Source: a virus (taxonomy: Duplodnaviria > Caudoviricetes). From it: DNA of 62,833 nt. The notes beneath the pieces are model-generated. The model was not told the DNA's origin. It worked only from the letters and a program-made list of their open reading frames with translations, and did not search any database. The position numbers and the translations under genes were made by a program. Below, in pieces: positions 8,195-17,953 of this stretch (position 1 is the stretch's first letter; every line of letters starts with the position of its first letter). The stretch spans positions 1-62,833 of IMG/VR virus record IMGVR_UViG_3300006752_000028; one strand, 5' to 3'.

Positions 8195-9826
8195 TTACAT
8201 CATCATAGAAGGATCTATTCCATTTGTTTTATCCTCCTCTTTCCGATTTGATATTACTGCTTCGGTTATTAACATTGTACTAGCTACAGATGCAGCATTC
8301 TCTAGAGCTAGTCGGGTTACTTTAGTTGGGTCGATAATACCAGATGCGAACATATTTACATATTTTTCGTCTCTAGGGTTATAACCTGACCAGAAGTCTC
8401 CCTCTTCTTTAATGTGTTCTTCTATACCTCCTATATCATCGTTAGTGTATCCTGCATTAAGAAGGATTTTATAGAAAGGTCTTTCAATAGCTGAGATTAC
8501 AATTTCGTATCCTGTATGATATTCGTAAGGTTGATCTCCTATTAGGTCTGTGAGTCTTAGAGCAGAGTTTAATAATGCTATACCTCCTCCAGGTAAAATA
8601 CCTTCCTCTAAGGCTGCTTTTGTAGCATGGAGTGCATCGTCAACTCTATCCTTTTTCTCTTTCATTTCAACTTCAGTATGACCTCCTACAAATACAATTG
8701 CTACTCCTCCAATAAATCTAGCCAATCTATCTTGAAGTGTTTCGATTTCATATGGAGATTTACTATCATCAATTTGAGTTTTAATCTCTTCTACTCTTTT
8801 TGTAATAGATTCTTCTTCTCCTTTAGCATCAATAATGGTAGTAGAGTCTTTAGTGATAGTTACTTTCTTAGCTTCACCAAACCAATCAGAGTTAAATTTC
8901 TCTAATTTCATACCTCTTTCTGTTGATACTACTGTACCTCCTGTTAGTACTGCAATATCTTCTAATACTGCTTTCTTTCTGTCTCCAAACTCAGGAGCAT
9001 TTACAGCTGCTACAGATAGATTACCTCTCATCTTATTAACTACTAAGGTAGACAACGCCTCTCCTCCAATATCATCTGCAATGATAAGAAGACTCTTGTT
9101 CTGACTAGAACATGCTTCTAAGATAGGAAGTAACTCCTTAACTTGATTAAGCCTTTTGTCTGTAATTAATATCAACGGAGATTGAAGAACAGCCTGCATT
9201 GACGAATTGTCCGTAACAAAATATGGAGACTTATAACCTCTGCTAAATTGCATTCCTTCTACCGTTTCTAGGTAGGTTTCTCCTGTTCGGGATTCCTCAA
9301 TCGTGACTACACCGTCTCTGCCTACTTTATCCATGGCTGTGGAAATTAACTCACCTACTTCTGTGTCGTTATTGGCAGATATCGTAGCTACTTGCTTGAG
9401 CTGCTCTTCATCCGTGATATCTTTTGATTCTTCTTTTAAATAAGTTACTACATCTTTTACTGCAGAGTCAATACCTCTTTTGATATCAACTGCATTAGCA
9501 CTTTTTTTAAGTCTATCTATCCCTTCTGTAAGGATTGATTGTGCTAATAATGTAGATGTTGTAGTACCATCTCCTGCTTGATCTGCAGTTTTAATAGCTG
9601 CTTGTTTAACAATTTGTGCTCCTATATTCTCTACTTTACTTTTTAGTTCAATTGCTTTTGCAACTGTAACTCCGTCTTTAGTAGAGATAGGGTTACCTTG
9701 TTCTTGTTCGATAATTACATTCCTTCCTGAGGGTCCTAATGTAGCCGTAACAGCTTCTGCTAATTTATCTACTCCGTCCGCTAGTTTATGTCTAGCCTCT
9801 TTTGAAAAAACTAATTTTTTACTCAT
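8195..9826 (-). CDS. groEL: Chaperonin GroEL
   Basis: TLGPSGRNV, TKDGVTVAK, AGDGTTT, GIIDPTKV motifs. Confidence 0.98.
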   Translation of the reverse strand: MSKKLVFSKEARHKLADGVDKLAEAVTATLGPSGRNVIIEQEQGNPISTKDGVTVAKAIELKSKVENIGAQIVKQAAIKTADQAGDGTTTSTLLAQSILTEGIDRLKKSANAVDIKRGIDSAVKDVVTYLKEESKDITDEEQLKQVATISANNDTEVGELISTAMDKVGRDGVVTIEESRTGETYLETVEGMQFSRGYKSPYFVTDNSSMQAVLQSPLILITDKRLNQVKELLPILEACSSQNKSLLIIADDIGGEALSTLVVNKMRGNLSVAAVNAPEFGDRKKAVLEDIAVLTGGTVVSTERGMKLEKFNSDWFGEAKKVTITKDSTTIIDAKGEEESITKRVEEIKTQIDDSKSPYEIETLQDRLARFIGGVAIVFVGGHTEVEMKEKKDRVDDALHATKAALEEGILPGGGIALLNSALRLTDLIGDQPYEYHTGYEIVISAIERPFYKILLNAGYTNDDIGGIEEHIKEEGDFWSGYNPRDEKYVNMFASGIIDPTKVTRLALENAASVASTMLITEAVISNRKEEDKTNGIDPSMMM

Positions 9827-10127
9827 TACTTTCTGGTTTAATTGATGCTAAAATTTCCTTGTCTGCTGTTATGAAGTATTCAGTACCTTCAAAATCAATT
9901 CTAATAGAACCAATTTTTGGTATTAGTACGATATCTCCTACTTTAGCATTAACTCTAATAAATTGTCCGAACTCGGTCTGTCGGCCAGGTCCTGTAGCGA
10001 TAACTTCTCCCATTTCTGGTCTCTCTTTTCCTAAATCAGGAATAACTATGTTACCGTACATTTGTTCGTCTTCTTCGATAGGCTTTATAATAACTCTATC
10101 ATTGAACGGTGTAAGTGTTTTTGACAT
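9819..10127 (-). CDS. groES: Co-chaperonin GroES
   Basis: PFNDRVII, GEVIATGPG, KVGDIVL. Confidence 0.97.
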   Translation of the reverse strand: MSKTLTPFNDRVIIKPIEEDEQMYGNIVIPDLGKERPEMGEVIATGPGRQTEFGQFIRVNAKVGDIVLIPKIGSIRIDFEGTEYFITADKEILASIKPESNE

Positions 10128-10150
10128 ATATAACTTTGTTTATTTATATT

Positions 10151-10179
10151 AATATAAGAATAATAATGATAAGATCAAA
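10151..10179 (-). promoter_or_regulatory. Promoter TTTG-N19-TATATT upstream of groES
   Basis: Consensus motif. Confidence 0.7.
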
Positions 10180-10198
10180 CTTGAGAGCGTAAAAAAAC

Positions 10199-10612
10199 CT
10201 ATTTAATTTTCAAAGTCTTTAACTCTGAACCTTTACTGAAAGGTATACTAATACGAAGAAGTCCGTTTTCGAATGAAGCTTCTGCTTTATTCAATTGGAA
10301 CTTGCTATCGATTTTCCAACCTAAATTAAATGCTCGTTTAGCAATACCTCTATGGTAAAACTTACTATCAAGCTCTGTTTTAGGTTTATCGTAAATTACT
10401 CTAAGAATGTTTCCTTGGATTTGAATCTCAATGTCCTCTTTATCGATTCCTGTACAAGCAATATCTATACCAATACCGTTAGGTGCTTCGTAAATATCAA
10501 CAGGATGTGGAACTTTGGATTCTTCTAAAGGACGGAAGTGTCCTTGTGACTGTAAAAAATTTCTGACAAGTATGTCAAAAGGGTTGTTGTTTAATAATTC
10601 TAATGTACTCAT
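10199..10612 (-). CDS. Small heat-shock protein (Hsp20/IbpA family)
   Basis: HPVDIYE, YHRGIAKRAF, ASFENGLLRISIP. Confidence 0.95.
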   Translation of the reverse strand: MSTLELLNNNPFDILVRNFLQSQGHFRPLEESKVPHPVDIYEAPNGIGIDIACTGIDKEDIEIQIQGNILRVIYDKPKTELDSKFYHRGIAKRAFNLGWKIDSKFQLNKAEASFENGLLRISIPFSKGSELKTLKIK

Positions 10613-10713
10613 ATCATTTTAAGTTTATGACGTCCTAAGATCGTCGGTTAATGTAATAAAAAATCGCTCTCAAGTTGATCTTTCATCTTATATAAATATA
10701 GGTTAAATTCGTT

Positions 10714-13062
10714 TTAATGACCTTCTGCCCAATTATTAGCAATCTCTGGTGGTGCTTTTAAAGTAACTCCAGGTAGTTTGGTAGTATTCTCCATAATCTC
10801 TTGAACGTAAGGAGCAAACATTTCTGCGTCTTTTTCAGCTATATTAACTATCAGTTGATCATGCACTTGAGCCTGACATATAGCATCGATGTTTAACTCT
10901 TTAGCTTTTTGATTAATCTTTAACGCTGCTCTATTTACTACCGCTGCTGCTAAAGACTGCAATTGGAAGTTAAGACAGTTATTAAGTCCGTTTCTATAAT
11001 CTCTATACGCTTTTAAAACTATATCTTTACCGTAAGTCCTTTCTAGTTCCTTTCTGAATCTCCAATCCATCATCTTATCTTGAAACTTAATATAGGTCTT
11101 TTGAACTTTAGGTAGATGTCTAACTCGTCCTACATAGTTTTTAATATAACCATGAGCTTTGACTTGAAGTCTAGAATTCTCTCTCCATTCTTTTAGCTGA
11201 GGGAATCCATCTAGGTAACCTTGAACTAAACGTTCAGCAGTTTTCTGATCTACTCCTAAAGTCATTTTTAACGCATAAGCTTCCATACCATATGCAATAC
11301 CTAATGAATAAGCTTTTGCTTTATTACGAGCTGGAGCATCTAGTTTCTTTAGGTAGTTAGGAGCACTTTTATCAGCTGAGACTCCGTTAGGAAATCTAGT
11401 AGTATCTTCGTTTAGCTTTTCAGTTTTAATAGCAACAGTAGAATAAAAATCCCAGTTCTTATTAAAGATCTCTTGTAAAGCTTTATCTCCTGTTACTGAG
11501 GCAAAGCAGTGAGGTTCCAAAGATTCGTAATCGGCATCAATAACCTTTCTACCATTTCCGGCAATAAGAAACTTTCTTACTACGTTTACATACTTCATAA
11601 TGATAGGAGCTTCTTCTCCTTCTTCTAGAGGTTTAGGTAGTTGTTGAGCATCAGATCCATAACGACCAGATACAGTACCGTTTTGCTTAAAGTAAAAATA
11701 GTATCTACCATCTTCCTGACGATCTCTAAATCTATCTACATAGGTAGACTTTATTTTAAGTAATCTATTATATACTCTTAAGTTTTCTGCCCAAGGGTAG
11801 TCTTTAGATAAATCCTTAATCATATCCATATCGAACTTAGCTCTACCAGATTTAGTATTCGATCCTGCTACTTTAGGAGTAATACCCATATACTTAAATA
11901 CGATCTCACCTAACTGCTTTTTAGATTGAATATTAATATAGTCACCATCATTCGATTCCTTCCACATAGTCATAGAAATTCTAGCTACTTCAATTTCATC
12001 TAGTAGTTCTATATTACCTGTTAATAGGTAATTTTTAGCTGGAGATTCTTCTAAAGCTTCTATATTTTTTTGAGTTACAGAATACTTACCTGTCTTCTCA
12101 GATTTAGGTAAATTTAATGAATACCTTTCAGCTAACCTTTGAGCCCAGTTACCTTTATGAGAAGGTGGATACTCTTTAAAAGCTGTATCCATAATCCACT
12201 CTTTAACTTCAGGTATCTCTAATAGAGACTTCATTACTATTTCCTTATTATTTTTTTGATCTTCTATAATCTCACCATGAACTTTTTCAATTAGTTCTAT
12301 ATCTAAATCTACTCCACAAGCTTCCATAGGTACAGTTACTTCACGGTAGATAGGCATTACTTCATCTTCAAAGAAAAACTTCTCTAGTCCTTCTTCTTTA
12401 AGTTTTCCAAGGTATAGATTACATATACGTAAAGTAAGATCGGTATCAGCAGAAGCATATTTACTAAGAATATCCAAGTCAGCTTTAAATATTTCATATA
12501 ACGCTTTAGTAGTTGATCCTCCATTATTTTTTATTGATTCTTTAAGTTCTATTTGTTCTTTATTAGCTGCTTCTTCTACGTCTAAACCAAGCTCTTTTTG
12601 ATTCATTATAGCAATAGACTTTAACCCGAAAGGATTACCATAGCCAAAGGCTCCTTCTTCGTATACAGTATGAACTAATAGTCCAGTATCTACGTATACA
12701 CTAGGTAGTAAATCAACTCCAAAATAGTTCTTTATAAACTGAACATCAAAAGAGGCATTATGAAATACTAATTTTTTACCTATAAGTAATTTTAGTAAAT
12801 TTCTAGATATAACCTCAGTAGATTTGCCGTTTATTTCTTGTAGTACTAACTCATCTTTCTCATAATCAAAAACTAAGGTAGGTAAGTAAAAACCTACTCC
12901 TTCGTCTCCAGAAACAGACCAACCAATAATTTTATTCTTACGAGGGTTAAGTCCGGTAGTCTCCGTATCGACTGCTATTACATCTGAGTCTAAGATATGT
13001 TGATGAAGTAATTTTAAGGTCTCTTCATCTTGAACCGTATAGTACTTTTTTTCTAATTGCAT
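10714..13062 (-). CDS. polA: Family A DNA polymerase with 3'-5' exonuclease
   Basis: Exo I DTETTG; TVSGRYGS; motif A DADYESLE; motif B RNKAKAYSLGIAYG; motif C QVHDQL. Confidence 0.95.
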   Translation of the reverse strand: MQLEKKYYTVQDEETLKLLHQHILDSDVIAVDTETTGLNPRKNKIIGWSVSGDEGVGFYLPTLVFDYEKDELVLQEINGKSTEVISRNLLKLLIGKKLVFHNASFDVQFIKNYFGVDLLPSVYVDTGLLVHTVYEEGAFGYGNPFGLKSIAIMNQKELGLDVEEAANKEQIELKESIKNNGGSTTKALYEIFKADLDILSKYASADTDLTLRICNLYLGKLKEEGLEKFFFEDEVMPIYREVTVPMEACGVDLDIELIEKVHGEIIEDQKNNKEIVMKSLLEIPEVKEWIMDTAFKEYPPSHKGNWAQRLAERYSLNLPKSEKTGKYSVTQKNIEALEESPAKNYLLTGNIELLDEIEVARISMTMWKESNDGDYINIQSKKQLGEIVFKYMGITPKVAGSNTKSGRAKFDMDMIKDLSKDYPWAENLRVYNRLLKIKSTYVDRFRDRQEDGRYYFYFKQNGTVSGRYGSDAQQLPKPLEEGEEAPIIMKYVNVVRKFLIAGNGRKVIDADYESLEPHCFASVTGDKALQEIFNKNWDFYSTVAIKTEKLNEDTTRFPNGVSADKSAPNYLKKLDAPARNKAKAYSLGIAYGMEAYALKMTLGVDQKTAERLVQGYLDGFPQLKEWRENSRLQVKAHGYIKNYVGRVRHLPKVQKTYIKFQDKMMDWRFRKELERTYGKDIVLKAYRDYRNGLNNCLNFQLQSLAAAVVNRAALKINQKAKELNIDAICQAQVHDQLIVNIAEKDAEMFAPYVQEIMENTTKLPGVTLKAPPEIANNWAEGH

Positions 13063-13077
13063 ATATAACCGTTTTAT

Positions 13078-13623
13078 TTATTTAATAATATAAGAAAAAT
13101 TATTCAGACTAAAAAATTCTTGAACAGCTTTCTTTCCATCTTTAATATTTAATTTCTCTTGGTAGTGTTTTTCTATAGTGTCTAATCTAGGAGTATACTG
13201 AACTTCTATATCGTCGTCCATCTTTGTAACTTTATCATCAAACCCTCTATAATAAATCTCAAATTCTCCTCCGTATTCCTTTAGGAATGCATACATTGCT
13301 GGGGAGAGCCATCCTGTGTTTGCTCCAGATCCTGCTAAATAATTACTACCTATACGTTGAAAGCATTTTTGAGATTGACCAACTTTAAATTTTTGTTTTG
13401 TTCCGGAAGGGGATTTCCATACTAAGATGTATATCAATCTCATAACAGGAAAATCTTCTGGTTTGTAGGTTAGACGGTCAATTAGATCTCTCCTGTTTTT
13501 AAGTTTTAAAAAGTACTTATATCTTATATCCTCTGTGATATGTTGATTTAGAGCTCTGTTGCTTTTTTCCAGATTTCTAGGGAGTACAAATGAATCTAAA
13601 TACTTGAAATTCTTTGGTATCAT
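13078..13623 (-). CDS. GIY-YIG-like nuclease domain protein
   Basis: LIYILV...FKVGQS..CFQRI..Y and distal IEKHY pattern. Confidence 0.5.
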   Translation of the reverse strand: MIPKNFKYLDSFVLPRNLEKSNRALNQHITEDIRYKYFLKLKNRRDLIDRLTYKPEDFPVMRLIYILVWKSPSGTKQKFKVGQSQKCFQRIGSNYLAGSGANTGWLSPAMYAFLKEYGGEFEIYYRGFDDKVTKMDDDIEVQYTPRLDTIEKHYQEKLNIKDGKKAVQEFFSLNNFSYIIK

Positions 13624-13760
13624 CTCGATGTTAGTTTTTTTAATCTTTCGTTAAACCGTTTCATTTCTTCTTTGAATGCCTTTTTGCCTGAAGATGATAA
13701 TTTAGTATCTGTCCTTTGGGCATATTGGTTCTTTGCTTTTGAATATCCTGGGTGTTTCAT
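13620..13760 (-). CDS. Small basic hypothetical protein
   Basis: Likely start MKHPGYSKAK at 13760. Confidence 0.55.
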   Translation of the reverse strand: MKHPGYSKAKNQYAQRTDTKLSSSGKKAFKEEMKRFNERLKKLTSR

Positions 13761-13770
13761 TTTACTTTTT

Positions 13771-14013
13771 TTAAATTCCACATTCCATTCTATACTGAGA
13801 AGCATGATGTTCAGCTTCTGAATAGACTCTTAGGTTTAAATAATCACCAAATTTACTGTAATCTCCAATGTACGAAGTATCTTCTCTAATACTTTTATCA
13901 TATGCAAAACAAAAGTCATACTCCTCTTGTGTGAGGTATTCTTTTGTATTCATAATCTCTTCAAACTTGAAATACTCTTGCTCTGCAATGTATAAACTTT
14001 CTGGACTCATCAT
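13771..14013 (-). CDS. Acidic hypothetical protein
   Basis: Start reassigned to ATG 14013 (AAAGGTTATG context, downstream of promoter 14042-14070). Confidence 0.7.
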   Translation of the reverse strand: MMSPESLYIAEQEYFKFEEIMNTKEYLTQEEYDFCFAYDKSIREDTSYIGDYSKFGDYLNLRVYSEAEHHASQYRMECGI

Positions 14014-14041
14014 AACCTTTATTGTTTTATTAATATACCTT

Positions 14042-14070
14042 AATATACGAAAAATAACAATAGGAAACAA
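14042..14070 (-). promoter_or_regulatory. Promoter TTG-N20-TATATT
   Basis: Consensus motif. Confidence 0.7.
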
Positions 14071-14078
14071 CTTTTGCC

Positions 14079-14339
14079 CTAATATTCTCCGTAAAGATCG
14101 AACTTTTCTGGTTCTGGTTCTTCTATAGTAACCTCTTCAGTCTTTATAGCGAATAATTTACCATTCAAAGGTTCTAATCTATAGTGACCTTTAAATTTAG
14201 TTTTACGCATATATTGAGTGAGGGTAGGTACTAAGCCATCAATAAGGTTTTCCTTATCAATGACTAGTTCCCATTTGTCTCCAGGTGGTACTCTTTTTGC
14301 TATAAGTTCGTTATGCTCTACTATTTCTTTTTGCATCAA
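14079..14339 (-). CDS. Hypothetical protein
   Basis: Operon-packed ORF. Confidence 0.7.
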   Translation of the reverse strand: MMQKEIVEHNELIAKRVPPGDKWELVIDKENLIDGLVPTLTQYMRKTKFKGHYRLEPLNGKLFAIKTEEVTIEEPEPEKFDLYGEY

Positions 14340-14577
14340 AATACTCTTTTAAGAATTCTTTTCTATATAACATTACCTTACCTGTGTAAGCTTTATTACT
14401 TATCTCTCTTACTCCAACTGGTTCTTTAAGTATTAATGCTGTTTTGTATACATCTTTACCTAATTCTGGACCTGCTTTTTGTCCTAAGTAATCATAAAGT
14501 GAAAATGTTGCATCTAATACCGATTTTCCATCAAATTTTAAACTAGCGAGTTCTTCTTGTAATTTTATATTTTCCAT
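14311..14577 (-). CDS. Hypothetical protein
   Basis: Operon-packed ORF directly after queF. Confidence 0.7.
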   Translation of the reverse strand: MENIKLQEELASLKFDGKSVLDATFSLYDYLGQKAGPELGKDVYKTALILKEPVGVREISNKAYTGKVMLYRKEFLKEYFDAKRNSRA

Positions 14578-14578
14578 A

Positions 14579-15490
14579 CTATTGTCTCAAAGTTTTTTCA
14601 ATTCTATAATCTGTATGTGTAAAGAAATCTGGTATAAATCTTGAATGCGTAGCTCTAATAGGGTTAATATCTAAACCGCCTCGTCTAGTATATAAACATG
14701 CTACCATTAAGTCGTCTGGTTGATAAGCATCCGTTAAATGTTTAAACACCATCTCGCATATCTCTTCATGAAAATGGCTAACAGTTCTATGAGATACTAT
14801 ATACTTAGCTATTGACTCAGGAGAAGGAATATTTTTACCATTCATTCTAATAAAAACATCTCCCCAATCTGGCTGATTAGTAACTCTACAGTTAGATCTT
14901 AGTAAGTTTGATTTTAACTTAATTTCTTTAGATTCTTTAACTACAGTTTCAGTTTCCAATTGAGAAGCATCAGATGAAAAAGCAGTAAAATCTATTAAGT
15001 CTAAATCTGCTATATCTCCTAGATCTTGATACCCTTCAAATGATAATGCTTTACCGTCATCTATATCACTATAGAAACTTACAGTCGTACTTGTTTCTAA
15101 TAATTTATCTAAGTCTTCTTTAACTTTAGCTTCTATCACAGCCATACAATCTGCTGCACAGTCTCCTAATCTAGTCATATTGAAAGAATTTAAATATAAC
15201 TTAATAGATTTAGATTCTACGTGAAATTCTGAATTGGAAGGACAGACTATTTTTAACATACCGGCTACAGGTTGACCTTTAGTTGTAATAGCTGATACTT
15301 CATAACAATTCCAAGTATCTACTCCTACAAAGCTTTTATCAGTTAATCCGTATCCTTCTCTGTTTAAATACCTTGGTACCTTAACTAGTAATTCAGGAGC
15401 GTAAGTATCTTTATACCCGTCTCCTCCTACTTTACCTAAATGTTTAGACGCTATGTCTACTACTGCTTGATAATTTTTTACTTCTGCCAT
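14579..15490 (-). CDS. queF: NADPH-dependent preQ0 reductase, bimodular (type II) QueF
   Basis: DTWNCYEVS, VESKSIKLYLNSFN, LLRSNCRVTNQPDWG, FHEEICE, YTRRGGLDINP. Confidence 0.95.
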   Translation of the reverse strand: MAEVKNYQAVVDIASKHLGKVGGDGYKDTYAPELLVKVPRYLNREGYGLTDKSFVGVDTWNCYEVSAITTKGQPVAGMLKIVCPSNSEFHVESKSIKLYLNSFNMTRLGDCAADCMAVIEAKVKEDLDKLLETSTTVSFYSDIDDGKALSFEGYQDLGDIADLDLIDFTAFSSDASQLETETVVKESKEIKLKSNLLRSNCRVTNQPDWGDVFIRMNGKNIPSPESIAKYIVSHRTVSHFHEEICEMVFKHLTDAYQPDDLMVACLYTRRGGLDINPIRATHSRFIPDFFTHTDYRIEKTLRQ

Positions 15491-15496
15491 TTGTTT

Positions 15497-16060
15497 TTAT
15501 TTATTAATATAATCAATCCACTTTGTTCCTTTTGTATCCGAGTTCGGAAATACAAACGATTTAGTTACATCACCTATAGTAATGATTTTTCGAAATCCTG
15601 AAGGGATAGTAGCACCAGTTGGTAATACTTCTAACTTCCCTTCAAATAGGACTTCTACTCTCACTTTAACTTCTTTTCCAAAAAAGTTTGCTGCGTCTCT
15701 TTCAAAAGACTCTAATTTACTCCATTGACCTCTATTCAATCCTTCATGCTGTAAAGCAGAGTTGATATAAGAAAAGGTTTTGAGTAATGTTTCTTTATCA
15801 CAACTAAAGGCTGCTGCTGGAGCTAGATGACCTTTGTCGTATATATTATTTCTATAATCCTCATTATCTGAGGTTTTAATATCTTTGGGTACCCAGAAAT
15901 CCATACCTTGTCGTGATGCTTTGCCGTTAGGACATTTTACAGTATATTCAACCCAAAGAGGTTGTTGGTATTCTTCACTGTATTCTACAGTATAAAGACC
16001 ATTATCTACTATTTGAGCGACAGATGATACTGAAAATAAAAGTGCTATTATATATTTCAT
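15497..16060 (-). CDS. DNA/RNA non-specific endonuclease (NucA/EndoG family) with signal peptide
   Basis: YDKGHLAPAA, LQHEGLNRGQW, IPSGFRKI; cleavable signal MKYIIALLFSVSSVA. Confidence 0.9.
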   Translation of the reverse strand: MKYIIALLFSVSSVAQIVDNGLYTVEYSEEYQQPLWVEYTVKCPNGKASRQGMDFWVPKDIKTSDNEDYRNNIYDKGHLAPAAAFSCDKETLLKTFSYINSALQHEGLNRGQWSKLESFERDAANFFGKEVKVRVEVLFEGKLEVLPTGATIPSGFRKIITIGDVTKSFVFPNSDTKGTKWIDYINK

Positions 16061-16063
16061 ATT

Positions 16064-16582
16064 TTAATTTATAAATTTCATTATTTGTTCTACTCTTTGC
16101 ATAGGAGAGCCAGTTATAGTTAAGTAAGGTTGACGTACTCCATCTAGTACTGCTTTAAACTCATCGTCTATTTCTTTTCTCCACTCTTCACTTATACTTC
16201 TTACTCCATCATCCACAGATTCAAATTCAATAGGAAAATAAATATAATGAGTATATTCATTTTTTACTCTATTCCAAGTATCTTCTATATAATTGTAAGT
16301 ATGCGAAGTTACTCCTTTCATAAATTTAGTATAGACTACAACATCCATATAACATCTATCTAAAACTAAGTTATAAGGTTGGAGTAAAGCTTCTAAATGG
16401 AAACTACTAATAGCTAGCTGAGTAGCACAAGTACCTTCTTCATTGATAGGAAATCCGTAACTACCTACAGTTCTAGTAGATTCGTTTACGAATTCATATT
16501 TAGGTAATTTATTTTTAAGTAGTTCATAAACAGTAGTCTTACCTGTACTACTTGCTCCTACTAATGCGATACGTTTAATCAT
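16064..16582 (-). CDS. P-loop nucleotide kinase (AAA_28/NadR-like, dNMP kinase-like)
   Basis: GASSTGKTT, VLDRCYMD, DDGVR. Confidence 0.85.
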   Translation of the reverse strand: MIKRIALVGASSTGKTTVYELLKNKLPKYEFVNESTRTVGSYGFPINEEGTCATQLAISSFHLEALLQPYNLVLDRCYMDVVVYTKFMKGVTSHTYNYIEDTWNRVKNEYTHYIYFPIEFESVDDGVRSISEEWRKEIDDEFKAVLDGVRQPYLTITGSPMQRVEQIMKFIN

Positions 16583-16599
16583 TTAATAACCTTTTATTT

Positions 16600-16628
16600 A
16601 ATATAAGAAAAAAAATGTTATAAACCAA
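16600..16628 (-). promoter_or_regulatory. Promoter TTG-N20-TATATT
   Basis: Consensus motif. Confidence 0.7.
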
Positions 16629-17160
16629 ATACTTTCTTTAGAAATATAGTCCACATATATAATGATCTATCTTTAAATACCCCCCACATTTCTTCTTCTG
16701 TAATGTTAAAAGCATTGAATCTTTCTTCTGCTAGTATCTTACCTTCATCTACCCCTGCATCAACTTTATGAAGAACACATCCCATAACTGGGTATTTTCC
16801 TTCAAATGCTCTAATCTGTGGATCTTTTCCTTTAAGTTCTGGGTATTCAGTTATAAGACCTGGATGTCCGTTAAAGATAGAGAACTTTTCGCATACTTCT
16901 TTCGGCATAATACGTAACCAACCATGTAAGGTAATTATTGCTTCCGGAAAATATACTAGTATTTCTTCATAATCCTCTAAAGTAGGTTTATTATTTAAAG
17001 TGAAAAAACCATTTTCTACTATTCTAGGATCTATCTCTCTAAGTCTTTCAGGTCTCTCGTTAGTATAAATTCTATCAGGCCATTTACCAAGTGACTTAGC
17101 TAAATCAGCTATCTCACTACCAGTCTGACTAAAGAATGCTATCCAAGGTTTAGTTGCCAT
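16618..17160 (-). CDS. dpdN: PurN-like formyltransferase (DpdN-like, preQ1 formylation)
   Basis: FFSQTGS, LHGWLRI, NGHPG, HKVDAGVDEGKI; adjacent to DpdA-like gene. Confidence 0.75.
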   Translation of the reverse strand: MATKPWIAFFSQTGSEIADLAKSLGKWPDRIYTNERPERLREIDPRIVENGFFTLNNKPTLEDYEEILVYFPEAIITLHGWLRIMPKEVCEKFSIFNGHPGLITEYPELKGKDPQIRAFEGKYPVMGCVLHKVDAGVDEGKILAEERFNAFNITEEEMWGVFKDRSLYMWTIFLKKVFGL

Positions 17161-17953
17161 TCGTAAACCATTTAAATTTCTGTATATTGTTTTTAATCGT
17201 TCCTAATTGCTTCATATCAATATCTGAGTTTATTAGTTCGAATAGTTTTTGTCTTTCTTTAGACCAAAGTCCATCTGAACCATATGTTATACCTTTTATT
17301 CCGTGAACAACAGGGTTAGATGTATCTAGTGAATAAATCCAATCATAATCTGAATGCTTGTAGAAGCTAAATTCTTGAGGTAGCCCACAACCTAGTAAAT
17401 GATGAGGTTTATGTTTATTAATTATACCGTCTTTAAGTAAATCTCCCAGTAACTTAACACGTCCTAGCATCCAACTAACATACTTGTTAGCATGAGGTAC
17501 AGAAGTGCTGTAATACGAATAATCAAATGATATAGCTATCATATCTACATCTGCTGATTTATTCATATAGTTATAGCAATCTACTATTTCATCATAAGTC
17601 TTACCTTGAACTACTCCTATCTTTCCACTTCCTTCGTATCCAAGACCTTTATTATTCCAATCTTCCATTTGATCGCAAGTTTTAGTAGCGTCTTCTAAAG
17701 CATCAGGAACAATGTACCATGAAGGTCTAAAGTCTTTTACCCATTTATCAAACTTCGCAGCATCAAAAGCTTCTTCTAATTCGAAAATAGAGTTATCTAG
17801 TATAATCTCTCTACCTTTGTCTCTAGCTCTTTTAAATTGATTGAGGTATGCTTCATCTTCCTCAAATAAATGAACTAAAGCATAATCATAATCAGTAAGT
17901 TTTTGAACTTCTTCAAATACCTCTTTGGGACTTTCGTGTGCTATTTTTATCAT
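17150..17953 (-). CDS. dpdA: TGT-fold DpdA-like 7-deazaguanine insertion enzyme (probably DpdA3-type)
   Basis: IILDNSIFE, IVPD, IGVVQG, HHLLG, SLDTS motifs of TGT/DpdA barrel; context among que genes. Confidence 0.75.
   Translation of the reverse strand: MIKIAHESPKEVFEEVQKLTDYDYALVHLFEEDEAYLNQFKRARDKGREIILDNSIFELEEAFDAAKFDKWVKDFRPSWYIVPDALEDATKTCDQMEDWNNKGLGYEGSGKIGVVQGKTYDEIVDCYNYMNKSADVDMIAISFDYSYYSTSVPHANKYVSWMLGRVKLLGDLLKDGIINKHKPHHLLGCGLPQEFSFYKHSDYDWIYSLDTSNPVVHGIKGITYGSDGLWSKERQKLFELINSDIDMKQLGTIKNNIQKFKWFTNGN

Noticed and set aside
13078-13623. Intron- or intein-associated homing element at polA
   Set aside because: polA, nrdA, nrdB and dnaB are uninterrupted and of normal length; the nuclease-like ORF is free-standing
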